Assembly: GCA_964354855.1 (NCBI GenBank)
Contig: CAYHBO010000006.1
Coordinates: 1 to 51,319, forward strand
Direction: 5' to 3'
Length of the DNA stretch: 51,319 nucleotides
DNA from: an uncultured Pseudomonadota bacterium
Lineage (GTDB): Bacteria > Babelota > Babeliae > Babelales > RVW-14
Shown: positions 49,495-51,319 of the stretch, one piece after another
Numbering within the stretch: position 1 is the stretch's first letter
Layout of the letters: the number at the start of each line of letters is the position of its first letter
Position numbers and translations under genes: made by a program
Notes under the pieces: generated by a model
Seen by the model: only the letters and a program-made list of their open reading frames with translations
Told to the model about the DNA's origin: nothing
The model's database searches: none

Positions 49495-51147
49495 TCAAAC
49501 AGAAGTCTCATCTTTTTTTTCTTTTTTCCCTAAAACTGCTCCCATAAACGCTTTAAACAAAGGATGGGGATGCAACGGAGAAGATAAAAATTCAGGATGA
49601 AACTGAGATCCAACCATAAAACTATGATCTTTTAGCTCAGCAATCTCTATCAGGTCTTTTGCCTTATACAAGCCTGAAAAGACAATACCCTTCTCCTCTA
49701 AGGCCTCTCGATAGGCATTATTAAATTCATAGCGATGCCGATGCCGCTCCAGAACCTCATCTTTCTGATACGCCTGATAAGCCTTAGAGCCTGGAACCAA
49801 AGAACAGGCATAAGAACCAAGTCGCATCGATGCCCCCTTCTGCTCAACCCCTTTCTGTTCTTCTAAAAGAACAATCACCGGGTTAGAGCTAGCTTTATCA
49901 AACTCAGTACTTTGTGCATCAGTAAGACCAAGGAGTGATCGAGCAAACTCAATAAGCATCACCTGTAAGCCCAAACAGAGCCCAAGATAAGGCACCTGGT
50001 GCTCCCGAGCCCACGCCACCGCAGCAATTTTCCCTTCAACCCCACGCGTATCAAAGCCACCAGGACAAACAATACCATCAATACCTGTTTTAATTTTATC
50101 CCACTCTTCTTCATATTTTGGTGATGTAGGAGTTTCTAAGACGTCAGCCTCAATCATCACAATCTCAACATGCACCAGATAAGCATAAGCTGCCGCCTTA
50201 ATTGCTTCAATCACACTGATGTAAGGATCATTACTCCCCATGTACTTTGCAATAACCCCAATTCTCACTATTTTTTTAGCCGCAGAAATTTTGTCTATAA
50301 GCCCTTGCCATACGGTTAAATCTGATTCTCGAGCCGGCAATCCAAAATATTCTTGTACTCGCTGTCCAAGTTGCTGATGATTTAGATCGATAAAAAGCTG
50401 ATAAATCGGTTTAAATGTACATACCTGAAAAATATATGACACATCAACCCCACACATTAACCCAACTTTTTCAAGCGCTTTTCGAGGAATAGCCTCTGAT
50501 AAACGTAAAAAAAGACCATCAGGAGCCAGCCCAGCCTCTTTAAGCATGTTAACACTGTGTTGAGTCGGCTTCGTCTTAAACTCCCGTGTCCATTCTAACA
50601 ATGGAACTAAACTCAAATGACCATGAAACAGCTGTCGATAAGGAAGCTCCATACGAAGCTGACGAATCGCTTCAAGAAATACTTTCCCCTCCATATCTCC
50701 AACCGTACCACCAATTTCCACCAAGACAAAATCAACATCATGATTCTTGGTGAATGCAAGAAGCCGGTTTTTGATAGCATCTACCACATGAGGAACCAAT
50801 TGAATGCACCGTCCAAGAAACGTCCCTTTACGCTCTCCATCAAGAATTTCTTGAAAAATTTGACCCGATGATACCGAAGAATCTCGCCCAAGCTGAACGC
50901 CAATCGTGCGCTCATAATGCCCCAAGTCCAGATCTGTCTCGGCACCATCAGCCGTGACAAAAACCTCGCCATGTTCAAGCGGCGACATCGTACCAGGGTC
51001 AACATTTAAATAAGGGTCCCACTTAACTACCGAAACCGAATAGCCACTATTTTTAAGCAAAACACCCAATGATGAAACCAAGACCCCTTTCCCAAGAGAA
51101 GAACACACCCCACCGGTAATAACAATAAATTTTGTATTATACTTCAT
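49495..51147 (-). CDS. pyrG: CTP synthase
   Basis: ITGGV.SSLGKG, DPYLNVDPGTMSP.EHGEVFV, EIGGTVGD, KTKPTQHSV, GLCLG, ERHRHRYE, QFHPEF; ATG 51147 after GGGGAG. Confidence 0.97.
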   Translation of the reverse strand: MKYNTKFIVITGGVCSSLGKGVLVSSLGVLLKNSGYSVSVVKWDPYLNVDPGTMSPLEHGEVFVTADGAETDLDLGHYERTIGVQLGRDSSVSSGQIFQEILDGERKGTFLGRCIQLVPHVVDAIKNRLLAFTKNHDVDFVLVEIGGTVGDMEGKVFLEAIRQLRMELPYRQLFHGHLSLVPLLEWTREFKTKPTQHSVNMLKEAGLAPDGLFLRLSEAIPRKALEKVGLMCGVDVSYIFQVCTFKPIYQLFIDLNHQQLGQRVQEYFGLPARESDLTVWQGLIDKISAAKKIVRIGVIAKYMGSNDPYISVIEAIKAAAYAYLVHVEIVMIEADVLETPTSPKYEEEWDKIKTGIDGIVCPGGFDTRGVEGKIAAVAWAREHQVPYLGLCLGLQVMLIEFARSLLGLTDAQSTEFDKASSNPVIVLLEEQKGVEQKGASMRLGSYACSLVPGSKAYQAYQKDEVLERHRHRYEFNNAYREALEEKGIVFSGLYKAKDLIEIAELKDHSFMVGSQFHPEFLSSPLHPHPLFKAFMGAVLGKKEKKDETSV

Positions 51148-51319
51148 CGACAACTCCCCGACTTCTCTTCGCCTCACAACTTTTTTTATTCCTGCATTAT
51201 AATAACCCATAGAACTAAACGTCAATTTCGCACAGAAAATCACTAATACCAGAAAAACGCGATTATTCGACAAAATAACCAATATTTTTATAAATATTTT
51301 CGCATTGAATTATTATTAT

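Noticed and set aside
541-51005. Many 60-160 aa ORFs antisense to or nested in long genes
   Set aside because: They are shadow ORFs of well-supported genes, with no recognisable motifs.
51148-51282. Apparent N-terminal extension on PyrG (similar extensions on rplM, the 7272 ORF and the 15699, 17173 and 26201 ORFs)
   Set aside because: These are longest-ORF artefacts; downstream starts have better RBSs and family-typical or signal-peptide N-termini.

Overview
Chromosomal window from an AT-rich bacterium with lipid A/Kdo genes. The protein style (many signal-peptide orphans, beta-solenoid repeat protein, no rpmD) suggests Candidatus Dependentiae/Babelota (TM6), but this is an inference and was not checked by any search. 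The right half (27.4-46.3 kb) is the contiguous str-S10-spc-alpha ribosomal supercluster on the minus strand, lacking rpmD and adk. It is followed by rseP, lpxC, rplM (with no adjacent rpsI) and pyrG. The left half mixes housekeeping genes (waaA, ctpA, ftsB, lysS, recJ, uvrA, ldh) with two AAA+PD-(D/E)XK genes and REP-like palindromes, one possibly inserted in frame in waaA. It also holds two uncharacterised exported-protein operons, which are the best candidates for an undescribed system. (i) A translationally coupled four-gene operon (17107->10702): all four products carry signal peptides, and the largest has a degenerate Ras/Arf-like GTPase signature. (ii) A two-gene operon (26141->19958) pairing a ~1420-aa beta-solenoid protein with a non-Omp85 outer-membrane beta-barrel. 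UvrA appears to lack most of its insertion domain. I recognised no tRNA, rRNA, CRISPR array or transposase.
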